Positions 35,918 through 53,100 of a DNA stretch of 64,000 bases are shown in pieces. Below the pieces are notes generated by a model, which searched no databases, was not told the DNA's origin, and was given only the letters and a program-made list of their open reading frames with translations. The stretch spans positions 26,412,001-26,476,000 of the forward strand of contig NW_027361727.1 in the NCBI RefSeq assembly GCF_039654945.1, read 5' to 3'. Source of the DNA: Dendrobates tinctorius. Lineage: Eukaryota. Made by a program: the position numbers and the translations under genes. Numbering within the stretch: position 1 is the stretch's first letter; each line of letters starts with the position of its first letter.

Positions 35918-36533
35918 AGCTGGAGTCACACATAGCGACTTACCAGCGATCCTGACAACGATATCAAAGTGTCAGGATCACTGGTAAGTCGCTATGTGAT
36001 CGCTGGTGAGCTGTCACACAGACAGCTTCACCAGCGATCAGCACACCAACCCCGAGGTGAGGAGCGAGCCCGGGAGCGGCGGACAAGTGTGCCTGCTGTT
36101 CCGGTCCTCCACCAGCAGAGGGCGCGCCTGCATCCCCGGCCTCTCCTGGCGGCGTCCTGCTGCCTCCTGGTCCCCAGCATGCAGCGGCAGGTACACACTC
36201 CGCGGGCTCCTAGTCCACAGCGTGAGGCGGCGGCACCTGTAACTCGCTGGTAACTAACGTACACATCGGGTATCCAAGGGACGCGCATCCCTTGGGGACC
36301 CGATGTGTACGTTAGTTACCAGCTGATCGCTGGTCTCCCGCCTGTCACACGCAGCGATGTGTGCTGGCCAGCGGGAGATCAGCGACGAAAAAAATGTCCA
36401 GAGGTTTCTTGCAGCGATCAGCGATACCGGCAGGGGGGGGGCGGTCGCTGATCGCTGTCACACACAGAGATCTTGCTGGTGAGATCGCTGTTGTGTCACA
36501 AAACTTGTGACTCACCTATGTGTGACGGGGCCC
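35918..36533. mobile_element. GC-rich Harbinger-type MITE with an internal palindrome (36246-36323)
   Basis: TAA flanks, imperfect TIRs (..GTCACAC / GTGTGAC..), repeated cagcgat/atcgctg motifs and a ~78-bp hairpin. Confidence 0.75.
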
Positions 36534-39367
36534 TAAGAAATTACAATACACGTTTGGAACAATCTCAGTGTCAGATGTTTCGCCCCATCCTGCATCTTGA
36601 CATTACTGCATCCAGGCTATGGAATTTTCCTAAACCGTGATGGATTTTCAAAGTAAGTACACCAGCCTCATAAAGTTTCATAGATATACTTATAGGGTTT
36701 TTCCCATTCTCTGCCTTTCATGGCCAAGATAGAAACAACTGCTTACATAAAAAAAACCATTATGCCTTCTATAGAAATAAATGGAAGTGAAAGAAATGGC
36801 ATAGATCAATGAGCGATCGGGAGCAATGTCAAGAGCTGCTCTGTTTCCAAAAATTCCATTATTTTTTTTTCTGGAGTTACACAGAGTAGCGCTTTTTTTT
36901 TTGTTTTGTTTTTTTGCAACCCTTCCTCCCGTGACTGGGACCTTGAAGCAGTTACTCTCATCTACGTCATAAAAAAAGGCAAAGATGGGAATAAGCTTTC
37001 AATAACGTTCGCTTTTGTCCGTTGTAAAATCTGACGGCAGATCACTTTAAAGGGATAAAATAAATAATTGACTTTTTTTTCAGAAATAAAAAAAATTATT
37101 GGTATTCAAAAGCGAAGGACGACATTAACGGGTAACATGTGAGACAGTTTGCGCCGAAAACCTGCTGCGTTTAAATTTCCGAGAAAAGTGGATACGATTT
37201 CATGAAAACTCCAGTCCCACCTTGTGTGTAAAGACGCTGCTGAACTTTCTGTATTTGGCGCATTTTTTTTCTATAGACTTTCATGGGGAACATGAAAAAA
37301 AACAAATAAAAAACGCTTGGAAAATTGAATGAAAAAACACACAGTTGCATTTTTAAGGGAAGAATAAAAACTTTTGTGTACTATAAAATACGTAATAAAA
37401 TCATGTATCAAATAATGGGGAAAACACATAAAAAAAATGCGTAAAATCAGAGACGATTGCTATTACATATTATTATGTGCTAACCTTGCAAATACAAAGC
37501 CGCCTGGTCTTCCAATCGTCTGCCTCCTCATTTTGGGGGGGGTCTTCTGATAAGCGGCGATCTTGAGTAGACCCTATATGGTCCCATGTGGCACAAAACA
37601 TACCATTAACCCTGTAATGTCAAGCGTAAAAAAGCCAAAGAGCTGGAGATCTAAAGCATGGGGATAAATCGAATCTTGACAAATATGGTTTCTGCCAAAA
37701 TTTTGGGGAGATTCATAGCGAAATCGATTTCTTTAAAATCAATTCTCTCTTCTCTTTTGAGAAACATTTACTATATTATTTATTATCCTTTTGGATAATG
37801 AATGAACTTTATTTGTTTAGTTCTTATTAATCTTTCTTTTGTGATTGTGAAGAATAATAATAAACCCATAATCCGGCGATTCCTAACATATGCCCCGCAG
37901 AAAAGGCGCTCCTTCCTATTTCTCCCGTTACAAGTCAGCTTTTAATCTATGTTACTCCGCGTTCACATTAATAAAAAAAAATGTCTTTTCGGGACATCTG
38001 TTCAATAACTTTAATGTCTATTTTAGTGGGTAAATTCTAATAGAGCCGTAAAGAATGTTTCCATTAAATGAGTGTTACAGATGTTTTGTGGATGTGTTAA
38101 TGGCGCCTTTTTTATTAAGGCCAATATTGCAGTATTTAGATTTGTGTCTTAAATATGGCCTGATTTCAATTAAGTGTTTTTTTTTTTTTCTGCTCAAACA
38201 GAATCTGCGCCGGAGCGGAGAGTTAATATATTCATAGTATTTTAGAACAAAAAGTGATTACGCATCAAAGTTGTCATGTGTGTTAATCATGGCACTTGGT
38301 CTGCAGGTTGAGAGGAGCCGTGTAAAATGTGCGTGGCAATATCAATTACTTCTGTAGAGACCGCCGAACCTTGACGTACATTATCTGGAAATACCAGAAG
38401 GTCACCGAAGAGTTTTCCGAATGACTGGATGTGCCCAAAGTCAACTTTCCTCTTTGAAAGTAGCAGAGGCGTAACTTAAAAATGGTTGTGCCCTGATGCA
38501 ACATTTTTTAACTGGTCCATCTACGCTACTGGTGTCCTCTTATTTGTCAGATCCCACCAAGCAATGAGTCTAAATGTGACCAATACCGCACTGCAAGAGA
38601 TGAGCAGAGCTTTACCAATTTGAATTCTCCAGCCTTGCCAAAGTTTCCCTGAAAACTCGATGAGAGCAAATTAATTTATCGCAATTCGAAAGTACTCCAA
38701 AGCCTACAACTGCCCTATAAAACTGCATTCAACACTCTGAGGTCTCCCAGGACTGTATACAACCTCTTTCCAGCTCTTTCCTGCAAATACAACCATAGTA
38801 AGGTCCTATCTGTCCCGAGTTTTCGTGGCTCTGCATCCTTCACCTCAGTCCAGTGCCGTCTGTTGTGCTCCATGCTGGGATTTTCTGATTGCCCGGTGTG
38901 GCTCACTGGCGTCGCCTTCCTAGTACTATTTATTGCCCACTGAGACACACACCTTTGTCTTAGTATTAAGACTCTAGGTTCCAGTGTTTGGTGTGCTCCC
39001 ACTCTGATGCTGCATACTTACAGCTCAGCAAGTTAACCCTCGTTTTACCAACTCTGCATTCACCCTTGCTTTGTTCCACTGCACCTGAACTTCCGATCCT
39101 GAGTCTCCTGCGTGTGCCAAATTCTTGTCTTCCACGTGTCTTTTGTGCCTGCTGCACTGATGTCGGGGATCTAGGGCTTGATAAGAATAACCAATACAAC
39201 TATAGGTAACTGGATGGTAATTTTTCATCACTTCTGAGCAATCACACACTATCTGTAATGTTTATTCAGTGTTTCATGGCTTTTTCTCCCTATTTCTATT
39301 CTTCCAGTACTTTATGGTTTTGGATGCCAGAATTCTGGTGGAAGTACCTTAATGATCTGAGTCCTAT

Positions 39368-39752
39368 GGCCTCAATTCATCAGAGCCTTTGCCTCTGTTT
39401 TTTAGTCTAGTTTTTGGTGTTTTGTGCCTTTTTTTTGCTTGTGCCTAATTCATTATTCAATTTTCATTTTTTTTTTTACTATTTTATGTTTTTTTTCATG
39501 TAGTAGAAGTTTAGCATTCCCATGTTTCAACAATTGCGACTTTTTATAAGTTAAATTTTGCGCAACTCCACTCTAGTCTTCTCCTGGAGTATTTTTTAGT
39601 TCACCAAAATTTAGGTAATCTTTGTGATTTTTTTCTTTTTTATACCAACATACAAGTTTTGATGTCAAATTTTTCAAGATGGCAAGAAAGCCTATTTTTT
39701 ACTTTGTGCCAAATTTATGACTCGGCAGGCCCCATTTTGATGAATTTGGGGC
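39368..39752. mobile_element. Degenerate MITE remnant
   Basis: Inverted termini gcctcaattcatca / tgatgaatttggggc. Confidence 0.45.
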
Positions 39753-39907
39753 AAAAAAACAGCAACTAATACCAAAAGAAAAAAAAAGGATTGCAACTTA
39801 AAAATGAAACACAAAAAATCATTCTGGACCTGAATAGCCAAAGACATGTCCTTGGCAGCTTGACCCCACCCTATGCCTTTTGACTGACAGGCCTCATCCT
39901 AGGTACA

Positions 39908-41019
39908 TGTGAAGACAAGGGGATCAGTGGGTGCCCTGGTACGCCAGCCCAAACCATATGGACCAAGGATCATCCCACTGAACACCCGCTCACATGGGTA
40001 TAATACTACTCAGACAACACAGTGTAAGGGTAAAACAAGCAGTGTGGAAATACATTATTGAACAAAAAATGGCAAATAACATATAGAATAGACCCAGCAC
40101 AATACCCAAGATGGTGCGAAATTACAGTCTCACCCTTCTGCTGACTCGCTCAGATAAGAGCGGCTGTGACTTCAAAGCTTGAAGTGCCAACTATCCTGTC
40201 TGCGGCACTCATGGAGAGAAGGTAACAACAAGCTTAGGAGACTGACAGTCCATTGATGTACAAGGCCAGGTGACTGGAAGGTCACAATCTGGCTTCTCCG
40301 AACATCTCCATGGAGCCAGATGACTGGTGGGTCCCATTCCTGGCTTTACCAAAGGTATCCATGGGGCACAGGTGACCAGAGAGTCCAAATCCTGACTTCC
40401 CCAAACATATTCATTGTTTAGTGAGGGTCAGTGGAGCAGATCTGTATTCTTTCAGCTGGGGCGGTGGTCCCCTAAGCTGGCATCCTGTAGAATGTCAAAT
40501 CTGTGTCCCTCGTGATGAAGCCATGATGTCTTAGCTACTGTCTTGTAAAGAGTCTCTGGTTCTTTGAATCTCTTGATGTCTTGAATGTATGCATGCATCT
40601 ATGTTACAAAGGTGCATATTCTCTTTTCATAGTTAACAACAGTCCTTCAAGCCAACATTCAGAAGTCAAGAGAAAGATGTGATGATGTTTGACTTCTTAA
40701 TCAATTTGCAAAGTTTTTACTCCTTTGCTCTGCAAGTCAACAAACTAGCTGGCCTGGACAATGTAATTAACATATCAGCAAACATCATTGTTCAATTGCC
40801 CTGCGTTTCTGTCATCCAGGATAAAAGCACAATATGTTACAGTGAACGTCAATTTAAAAGTCAATATTACAGGCTTATATGAATAAAAGTCTGTGTTTTT
40901 TTGACCAACCAGAAAGGAATACAAAAATTTGAAAGTCAACATAGAGATAACAGTCTATTCCTCCTGGCTTACTGAAAATATATGTCTGATTAATTAAGAT
41001 AGAATGATGTGTCATCACA
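39908..41019. mobile_element. Solo LTR (1112 bp), nested in a TTAA-type MITE ending CCCT|TTAA at ~41202
   Basis: TGTGAAGACA...TGTCATCACA termini and a 5-bp TSD GTACA. Confidence 0.85.
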
Positions 41020-41839
41020 GTACACAAATATGGAGAAAATCATCTAGTCAACTGGTGTGGGGCAGGGAGAACCACCTCTTGGACTAGTTAGCCAAGACAC
41101 TTGATCACCATCCGGCAGGATTTCTGAGTAAAACATACCGGGCTACAATCTCGGGCTCGGTGCATGTAGTTCAGGCAGGATGAATCTGATGACAAGTTCC
41201 CTTTAAAATATAAAATCTTGTCCTCATGTAATACTGATCGGAAATAATAAGTAATAATAACAATAATAGATTGACTTTTTACATTGTGGCTCCAAGTGTT
41301 TGAAGGAAACCTGGGACGTAAACTTTAGCCCTTTCTTGTGCAAAGTGAAGTTAAAGAGCTGAACAAATCAGATGGCACTTGAACTATTTCGAGAACATGA
41401 TCTAATTTACTAATTCATCCGCTCAGTTTGTGTAATTACGTTCCCGGATTCTGATTGTGCACCTGCATCTGAATTTCTCTTCTCATGACATGAAGATTGT
41501 GGCTGTAAAAAATTGTTAATATTTTAATTCATTCTTAACTTCTCGACGCTCTGTCGAGAGATGGATCTTAAATGGAAGAGTTCTGCCGGGAAATCAGTGT
41601 TGTCATATTTTCCATCTTTCAGCTGAAGACATGAAGGAACATGAAATATCAAAGCTCAAAACTTTTGTAGTCAAACAGGCAAATTAATGTCAATCTTAAA
41701 CCTTAAACTGTAATCATCATTTTCATTTTATTTTCTCAGTAGTTCATGTGGAAATAAGAAACTGCAAAAACTGTTATTTGGGAAATCTGCTCCTTTCTCC
41801 TCCTGGACTGATCTTTCATTCTCAAAATTCTTACTTCTT

Positions 41840-42000
41840 GGGTCTAAGGGGTAAAGTTTCTCCTTGCGCGGAGAGTGACAAGCCAGGCCTGGCATGTCAG
41901 GGTAAGGAGACTTATAAGCCATGCATGCTCCTCTCTGGGAAATTAAATATGCAAATTGTCTCTTCAGAGAGGAAGAGGACTAGAAGAGACAATTTGCTAA
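41840..42000 (-). mobile_element. Fragment of the retrozyme-like family (octamer ATGCAAAT) with a short terminal inversion
   Basis: Its reverse complement continues the 15660-15722 sequence. gcaaattgtctcttc ... gaagagacaatttgc forms an inverted duplication. Confidence 0.6.
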
Positions 42001-42711
42001 TTCTTGAGTAAAACTCAAGTGAATACAGATGTTCCCATTACTGAGATAGGGGATGACGTTTGGTGCTCATACAGTTCTATGGAGTACCATAATACACGTA
42101 CGCAGCAGAATGTCTGTGTATGTCTCTAGCTCCTCCCCTCTCTAAAGAATATTGAAAACACCAACTGTCCACGCCTGTCTCAATAATGGGAATATCTATG
42201 TGAATACTGATTTTGCAGATTTTACCGATGTATTGAGAATAAAAGATCAGTTCAGGAGGAGAAAGAAGCTGATTTTGCTGACAAAATACATTACAAAGTT
42301 GCTTATTTTCATCTGTTGTAATGATTAATCAAACAAAAATGAAAGCAACTGTTACTCTTTAAGAAAATGACTTTTCGAGGAAGTGCAGAATTGCTCTCAA
42401 TGATGTCCCACTGACATGACCCGCCATAAACATAATTCTCAGAAATGTGCAAAATGACTGCAGGAGACATTGAGTGCTTTTTGAATATTTCTGCTAAAAG
42501 CAGATTTTCCAGCTCCAATGTATAGGTTTCCATTGATTTCAATGAAGTTCAGGTTCAGTTTCAAGTTCAGGTACAGTTCTCTTACGCGGACCAAACTTTG
42601 GACTAAAGTTCGGTCAGGTACCAGAACCAGAACTTCCATGGGTCTTCTCATCCCTTGTCCTGAGCTGAGTGATGTGAGATGACCAGATGCAACAACAACA
42701 ACAAAAAAAAC

Positions 42712-43190
42712 GCCCCCGGAAGAAGCTAATGCGAAACGTGCGTTGGGGTGGAGGAGGCCGCGCCATTCATTGCCAGCACAGTCTTCAGTGTGTTTTTTTT
42801 CACAGGTATAGTCCATCCTGAATTTCTTTAGGCTTGCTGATTTTGGCATTAATAGGATAAGCTTCTAGGCTCTGATAAACACAATTATTTGAGACACCAG
42901 GCAACTTATTAGAGTGTGTATATTTGTTTAACTGCCTTATCTTTCTATATCCTGCTTTAGATATTTTGTATATTTATGGAGATGATACACTCCTTTTATT
43001 ATAACTAATATATATCTAAATGTTACATCCAGGATTTATGTTTAGATGGACTTTTGCACTGTTTATGTGACTACATTATTTACCTATTGGTGTTTGAGCG
43101 CCTCCTGCTAGGCATTTTGTTATTTTAAATTTCTTTTTATAATATTCAATAAAATATGATATTTTATTCTAGTGTCTTGTGATATAGATC
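42712..43190 (+). mobile_element. Penelope-like pseudo-LTR remnant starting with a degenerate minimal hammerhead (42712-42749)
   Basis: CCCC-CGGAAGA-aGC-taat-GC-GAAA-CGTGCG-TT-GGGG, then an AT-rich body with AATAAA at ~43149. Confidence 0.55.
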
Positions 43191-45059
43191 CGAAAACTTT
43201 AGGTTTGTCAAAAAAAAAAAAAACATGATGGGAGATGTCTACATTATATGTGTCTTTATGTGGCCAAATTTGAGAAAAAGGTAAAAGCGCAGTTGGTTCT
43301 CCACTAAAGTCAAGGTGGGAAAATGTAGGAAAGCTCTTCCAGATGGCAAGCTTGGTGAATCAAAGGCGTACGGTATCAAAGAGATTCTTGCTCTCGTCTG
43401 TAGGACAATGCTCGCCAGGAAAAAGCGTCACCCAGAAGAAAGAACATCTGTCTCTAGTGCCACCATAAGTTGCTCCTTTGTAGACTTGGGTTACCTACTT
43501 ATAGAGCGCCTGGACTTTAGAAACTTGTGTCAAAGAAAAGCCAAAGTTTGGCGACTCGCCACATTTGTGCCTAATGTGTCTCTTTACGGAAACATCTTCT
43601 CTTCTTAAATAAGAACATTTTGTGTCTTGAAAGAAACCAAAAACTGACATCTGTATTCCAGAAAGTTTCTGTTTCTTAGTAACTGTCTCCTGTGTCAAAA
43701 TTTTAAGAGAGAAAGTAGAAAAAAGGGAGATGAAATAAGTAATCATTATCACACAGTTTCCTAATAGCATCTAATAGCTCCTTCGGGTGTCACCCAATCC
43801 TGGCACTTATCTAACTGCGTTTTTTTAAGCCTCATCAGAGGTTCTAAAGAATGGAAGATTTCGTGACATCTTTCCTGATGCCAGAAAAACAAATGAGATT
43901 CCTGAAGTCTCATGCACACCTTGCTTATTTTTTTACTTGCACATTTGGTGCAGTATTGTTATTTCTTTCAGCATTTTTGCGGAAGATTTCAACCCATACT
44001 AACGAGTGAGGAAAAATCTGCAACAAAAACGTATGTAAAAAAAAAAAAAAAGCATCACAAATGTGGCAAAAAAAAAAACATTTTTACATTTTGGCTTCCT
44101 CTTATCTCTTGGACAAAAACTTCAAGACTTCAGATTCTGCACATACAGTTAATAACACCATCGACAGGTGAAATTCCCATCACAACCACTAGGTGGTCAC
44201 ATACAGCATAAACATCTCCTGACGGAGTATCACAAATTATCTTTTTTTTTTTTTTTTAAATCAGGTAACACTTTCCAGGTCTGCCAAAATGTGTGGGAGA
44301 GAGGAACCCATCCCCAGTCCTACACTCCTCTTTCTTCTCATGTACCAGCACCCAGACACCAGAACGCCTATGTGATGGTGCTGGGAGAGTGCAGGGAATG
44401 ATAAGTACATGCACTTGTGGTCATGAGTCTGTATTTTGGGGATAGTCTAGATTGAGGACTGTATGTAAGGGATAATTTTGGGGGAGTCGGGTCTGGGGTC
44501 TCTATAGTGTATTTATTGTTATTTGTTTCAGCTTAGGACCTTGGCCATTTGGGTACAGAGGGGCCTGTTTTCCTCGTAGCACCGCACAATACATCCTATA
44601 GTGCCGGCTACAGTACTGGGGCGTGGGCGGCAGTGCAGGAAGCTTCATGTCCTGGTGTACAAGCATCCAGTAGCACTGCCGGTGGCCTGGCCATACTGTT
44701 TTTTAGAAGATGAATCTGCTGTGGAAGTGATTTAGAAAAATTAAAATCCACTGATGAGTCTCATGTTTCCCAGTTTGACACGGGCCAGGATATTTATATA
44801 GGAGGTTGGGACCCCAATACTGAATCCTTGCTCTATGTAAAGTCAAGCCAACGTGTGCCGGATCCCCTTCACTAGTTCCTCATGGTTCCCCAAGTGTCTT
44901 CAGGTCTATCAACACCATGGGGAGCAGAAAGTTCTGCATTGCGCTCTTTTAGGGAAGACTCAGACGAGGATTGCAGCAGAGTGCTAGGATCGCAACGCAA
45001 TGCTCAGACTGGCCGTCGACTCTCTCGACACAAACGTGGCAGCTGCATAGAAACACATA

Positions 45060-46696
<1,637 letters not shown>

Positions 46697-47065
46697 TACT
46701 ATCACACTCAGGTCGAAAGAGCCAATGGCCAGTCAGAGCATTGTGTTGCGATCCTCATTCGAGTTATACGGCCGTTTGACTCTTCTCTTAGTGATTACTA
46801 ATAATATCTTGTGAAAATATCTATGCAAAAATAAAACGTCTTAGCAATTTCTTCTCTTTTCCCTGAGATATCGACACGATCGAAGAGTTACTCACACTAA
46901 TGATATGGAAGGGAAGCCCGTCTCCTTAGATAATCTCGTGCTGCCTCCTACACAGTCATGGATATACTACTATTTGCTCCATCTCCGCTGTACTGGGCTG
47001 TAATTGAAGATAATCTGTACATTTTTTCTGGTCTTCCTTTGTTTTTTTGTCAGCCATATAAGTTA

Positions 47066-47197
47066 CTAGCTGAAGAGCCCGGTGCTGCCCGGGCATAGTA
47101 ACTAACTACGGTAAGTTATAACAACTTATAATGATTATATCTATATATATAAAGCTGAGTGTATAGCCCCGCCCACTCCGCATAGTCACATTCACTA
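47066..47197. mobile_element. Helitron-like termini: minus-strand 3' end (hairpin + CTAG) and plus-strand 5'-like end (A|TCTATATATATAAAG at 47140)
   Basis: The reverse complement reads GCCCGG-gcagca-CCGGGC-tcttcag-CTAG|T, the canonical Helitron 3' architecture. Confidence 0.65.
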
Positions 47198-50100
47198 TAA
47201 TATCCCACATCATCCCGTCAGTCAGACCAACTGGAGTACTACCCCAAATATCCCACATCATCCCGTCAGCCAGAGCCACCGGACTACTACCCCTAATATC
47301 CCACATCATCCCGTCAGCCAGAGCCACTGGAGTACTACCCCTAATATCCCACATCATCCCGTCAGCCAGAGCTACCAGACTACTACCCCTAATATCCCAC
47401 ATCATCCCGCCAGCCAGAGCCACTGGAGTACTACCCCTAATATCCCACATCATCCCGTCAGCCAGAGCGACTGGACTACTACCCCTAATATCCCACATCA
47501 TCCCATCAGCCAGAGCCACCGGACTACTACCCCTAATATCCCACATCATCCCGTCAGCCAGAGCCACTGGACTACTACCCCTAATATCCCACATCATCCC
47601 ATCAGCGAGAGCCACCGGACTACTACCCCTAATATCCCACATCATCCCAACAGCCAGAGCCACCGGACTACTACCCCTAATATCCCACATCATCCCGTCA
47701 GCCAGAGCGACCGGACTACTACCCCTAATATCCCACATCATCCCGTCAGCCAGAGCCACCGGACTACTACCCCTAATATCCCACATCATCCCAACAGCCA
47801 GAGCCACCGGACTACTACCCCTAATATCCCACATCATCCCAACAGCCAGAGCCACCGGACTACTACCCCTAATATCCCACATCATCCCGTCAGCCAGAGC
47901 GACCGGACTACTACCCCTAATATCCCACATCATCCCGTCAGCCAGAGCCAACGGACTACTACCCCTAATATCCCACATCATCCCTTCAGCCAGAGCCACC
48001 GGACTACTACCCCTAATATCCCACATCATCCCGTCAGCCAGAGCCACCGGACTACTACCCCTAATATCCCACATCATCCCTTCAGCCAGAGCCACCGGAC
48101 TACTACCCCTAATATCCCACATCATCCCGTCAGCCAGAGCCACCGGACTACTACCCCTAATATCCCACATCATCCCTTCAGCCAGAGCCACCGGACTACT
48201 ACCCCTAATATCCCACATCATCCTGTCAGCCAGAGCCACCGGACTACTACCACTAATATCCCACATCAGCCAGAGCCACCGGACTACTACCCCTAATATC
48301 CCACATCATCCCATCAGCCAGAGCCACCGGACTACTACCCCTAATATCCCACATCATCCCGTCAGCCAGAGCCACTGGACTACTACCCCTAATATCCCAC
48401 ATCATCCCAACAGCCAGAGCCACCGGACTACTACCACTAATATCCCACATCATCCAGTCAGCCAGAGCCACCGGACTACTACCCCTAATATCCCACATCA
48501 TCCCGTCAGCCAGAGCCACCGGACTACTACCCCTAATATCCCACATCATCCCTTCAGCCAGAGCCACCGGACTACTACCCCCAATATCCCACATCATCCC
48601 GTCAGCCAGAGCCACCGGACTACTACCCCTAATATCCCACATCATCCCTTCAGCCAGAGCCACCGGACTACTACCCCTAATATCCCACATCATCCCTTCA
48701 GCCAGAGCCACCGGACTACTACCCCTAATATCCCACATAATCCCGTCAGCCAGAGCCACTGGACTACTAGCCCTAATATCCCACATCATCCCATCAGCCA
48801 GAGCCACCGGACTACTACCCCTAATATCCCACATCATCCCGTCAGCCAGAGCCACCGGACAACTACCCCTAATATCCCACATCATCCTGTCAGCCAGAGC
48901 CACCGGACTACTACCCCTAATATCCCACATCATCCCATCAGCCAGAGCCACCGGACTACTACCCCTAATATCCCACATCATCCCGTCAGCCAGAGCCACC
49001 GGACTACTACCCCTAATATCCCACATCATCCCGTCAGCCAGAGCCACCGGACAACTACCCCTAATATCCCACATCATCCTGTCAGCCAGAGCCACCGGAC
49101 TACTACCCCTAATATCCCACATCATCCCGTCAGCCAGAGCCACCGGACTACTACCCCTAATATCCCACATCATCCCGTCAGCCAGAGCCACCGGACTACT
49201 ACCCCTAATATCCCACATCATCCCGTCAGCCAGAGCCACCGGACAACTACCCCTAATATCCCACATCATCCTGTCTGCCAGAGCCACCGGACTACTACCC
49301 CTAATATCCCACATCATCCCGTCAGCCAGAGCCACCGGACTACTACCACTAATATCCCACATCATCCCGTCAGCCAGAGCCACCGGACTACTACCACTAA
49401 TATCCCACATCATCCCGTCAGCCAGAGCCACCGGACTACTACCCCTAATATCCCACATCATCCCGTCAGCCAGAGCCACCGGACTACTACCCCTAATATC
49501 CCACATCATCCAGTCAGCCAGAGCCACCGGACTACTACTCCTAATATCCCACATCATCCCGTCAGAGCCACCGGACTACTACCCCTAATATCCCACATCA
49601 TCCAGTCAGCCAGAGCCACCGGACTACTACCCCTAATATCCCACATCATCCCGTCAGCCAGAGCCACCGGACTACTACCCATAATATCCCACATCATCCC
49701 TTCAGCCAGAGCCACCGGACTACTACCCCTAATATCCCACATCATCCCGTCAGCCAGAGCCACCGGACTACTACCCCTAATATCCCACATCATCCCTTCA
49801 GCCAGAGCCACCGGACTACTACCCCTAATATCCCACATCATCCCTTCAGCCAGAGCCACCGGACTACTACCCCTAATATCCCACATCATCCCGTCAGCCA
49901 GAGCCACTGGACTACTAGCCCTAATATCCCACATCATCCCATCAGCCAGAGCCACCGGACTACTACCCCTAATATCCCACATCATCCCGTCAGCCAGAGC
50001 CACCGGACTACTACCCCTAATATCCCACATCATCCCGTCAGCCAGAGCCACCGGACTACTACCCCTAATATCCCACATCATCCCTTCAGCCAGAGCCACC

Positions 50101-53100
50101 GGACTACTACCCCTAATATCCCACATCATCCCGTCAGCCAGAGCCACCGGACTACTACCCCTAATATCCCACATCATCCCTTCAGCCAGAGCCACCGGAC
50201 TACTACCCCTAATATCCCACATCATCCAGTCAGCCAGAGCCACTGGCTACTACTCATAATATCCCACATAATCCCATCAGCCAGAGCCACCGGACTACTA
50301 CCCCTAATATCCCACATCATCCCGTCAGCCAGAGCCACCAGACTACTATCACTAATATCCCACATCATCCCGTCAGCCAGAGCCACCGGACTACTACCCC
50401 TAATATCCCACATCATCCTGTCAGCCAGAGCCACCGGACTACTACTCCTAATATCCCACATCATCCCATCAGCCAGAGCCACCGGACTACTACCCCTAAT
50501 ATCCCACATCATCCTGTCAGCCAGAGCCACCGGACTACTACCCCTAATATCCCACATCATCCTGTCAGCCAGAGCCAACGGACTACTACCCCTAATATCC
50601 CACATCATCCCGTCAGCCAGAGCCACCGGACTACTACCACTAATATCCCACATCAGCCAGAGCCACCGGACTACTACCCCTAATATCCCACATCATCCCG
50701 TCAGCCAGAGCCACTGGCTACTACTCCTAATATCCCACATAATCCCATCAGCCAGAGCCACCGGACTACTACCCCTAATATCCCACATCATCCCGTCAGC
50801 TAGAGCCACCGGACTACTACCCCTAATATCCCACATCATCCCGTCAGCCAGAGCCACCGGACTACTACCCCTAATATCCCACATCATCCTGTCAGCCAGA
50901 GCCACCGGACTACTACTCCTAATATCCCACATAATCCCATCAGCCAGAGCCACCGGACTACTACCCCTAATATCCCACATCATCCCGTCAGCCAGAGCCA
51001 CCGGACTACTACCCCTAATATCCCACATCATCCTGTCAGCCAGAGCCACCGGACTACTACCCCTAATATCCCACATCATCCCGTCAGCCAGAGCCACCGG
51101 ACTACTACCCCTAATATCCCACATCATCCCGTCAGCCAGAGCCACTGGCTACTACCCCTAATATCCCACATCATCCCGTCAGCCAGAGCCACCGGACTAC
51201 TACCACTAATATCCCACATCATCCCGTCAGCCAGAGCCACCGGACTACTACCCCTAATATCCCACATCATCCTGTCAGCCAGAGCCACCGGACTACTACC
51301 ACTAATATCCCACATCATCCCGTCAGCCAGAGCTACCGGACTACTACCCCTAATATCCCACATCATCCTGTCAGCCAGAGCCACCGGACTACTACCCCTA
51401 ATATCCCACATCATCCCGTCAGCCAGAGCCACCGGACTACTACCCCTAATATCCCACATCATCCCGTCAGCCAGAGCCACCGGACTACTACCTCTAATAT
51501 CCCACATCATCCTGTCAGCCAGAGCCACCGGACTACTACCCCTAATATCCCACATCATCCCGTCAGCCAGAGCCACCGGACTACTACCCCTAATATCCCA
51601 CATCATCCTGTCAGCCAGAGCCAACGGACTACTACCCCTAATATCCCACATCATCCTGTCAGCCAGAGCCACCGGACTACTACCCCTAATATCCCACATC
51701 ATCCTGTCAGCCAGAGCCAACGGACTACTACCCCTAATATCCCACATCATCCTGTCAGCCAGAGCCACCGGACTACTACTCCTAATATCCCACATCATCC
51801 CGTCAGCCAGAGCCACCGGACAACTACCCCTAATATCCCACATCATCCTGTCAGCCAGAGCCAACGGACTACTACCCCTAATATCCCACATCATCCTGTC
51901 AGCCAGAGCCACCGGACTACTACCCCTAATATCCCACATCATCCCGTCAGCCAGAGCCACCGGACAACTACCCCTAATATCCCACATCATCCTGTCAGCC
52001 AGAGCCACCGGACTACTACCCCTAATATCCCACATCATCCCATCAGCCAGAGCCACCGGACTACTACCCCTAATATCCCACATCATCCCGTCAGCCAGAG
52101 CCACCGGACTACTACCCCTAATATCCCACATCATCCCGTCAGCCAGAGCCACCGGACTACTACCCCTAGTATATGCCACATCATCCCGTCAGCCAGAGCC
52201 ACCGGACTACTACCCCTAATATCCCACATCATCCTGTCAGCCAGAGCCAACGGACTACTACCCCTAATATCCCACATCATCCTGTCAGCCAGAGCCACCG
52301 GACTACTACCACTAATATCCCACATCATCCCTTCAGCCAGAGCCACCGGACTACTACCCCTAATATCCCACATCATCCCGTCAGCCAGAGCCACCGGACT
52401 ACTACCCCTAATATCCCACATCATCCTGTCAGCCAGAGCCACCGGACTACTACCCCTAATATCCCACATCATCCCAACAGCCAGAGCCACCGGACTACTA
52501 CCCCTAATATCCCACATCATCCTGTCAGCCAGAGCCACCGGACTACTACCACTAATATCCCACATCAGCCAGAGCCACCGGACTACTATCCCTAATATCC
52601 CACATCATCCCATCAGCCAGAGCCACCGGACTACTACCCCTAATATCCCACATCATCCCGTCAGCCAGAGCCACTGGACTACTACCCCTAATATCCCACA
52701 TCATCCCATCAGCCAGAGCCACCGGACTACTACCACTAATATCCCACATCATCCAGTCAGCCAGAGCCACCGGACTACTACCCCTAATATCCCACATCAT
52801 CCCGTCAGCCAGAGCCACCGGACTACTACCCCTAATATCCCACATCATCCCTTCAGCCAGAGCCACCGGACTACTACCCCCAATATCCCACATCATCCCG
52901 TCAGCCAGAGCCACCGGACTACTACCCCTAATATCCCACATCATCCCTTCAGCCAGAGCCACCGGACTACTACCCCTAATATCCCACATAATCCCGTCAG
53001 CCAGAGCCACTGGACTACTAGCCCTAATATCCCACATCATCCCATCAGCCAGAGCCACCGGACTACTACCCCTAATATCCCACATCATCCCGTCAGCCAG

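Noticed and set aside
44753-44775. CTGATGAG as another hammerhead
   Set aside because: No stem II, GAAA or cleavage triplet follows.
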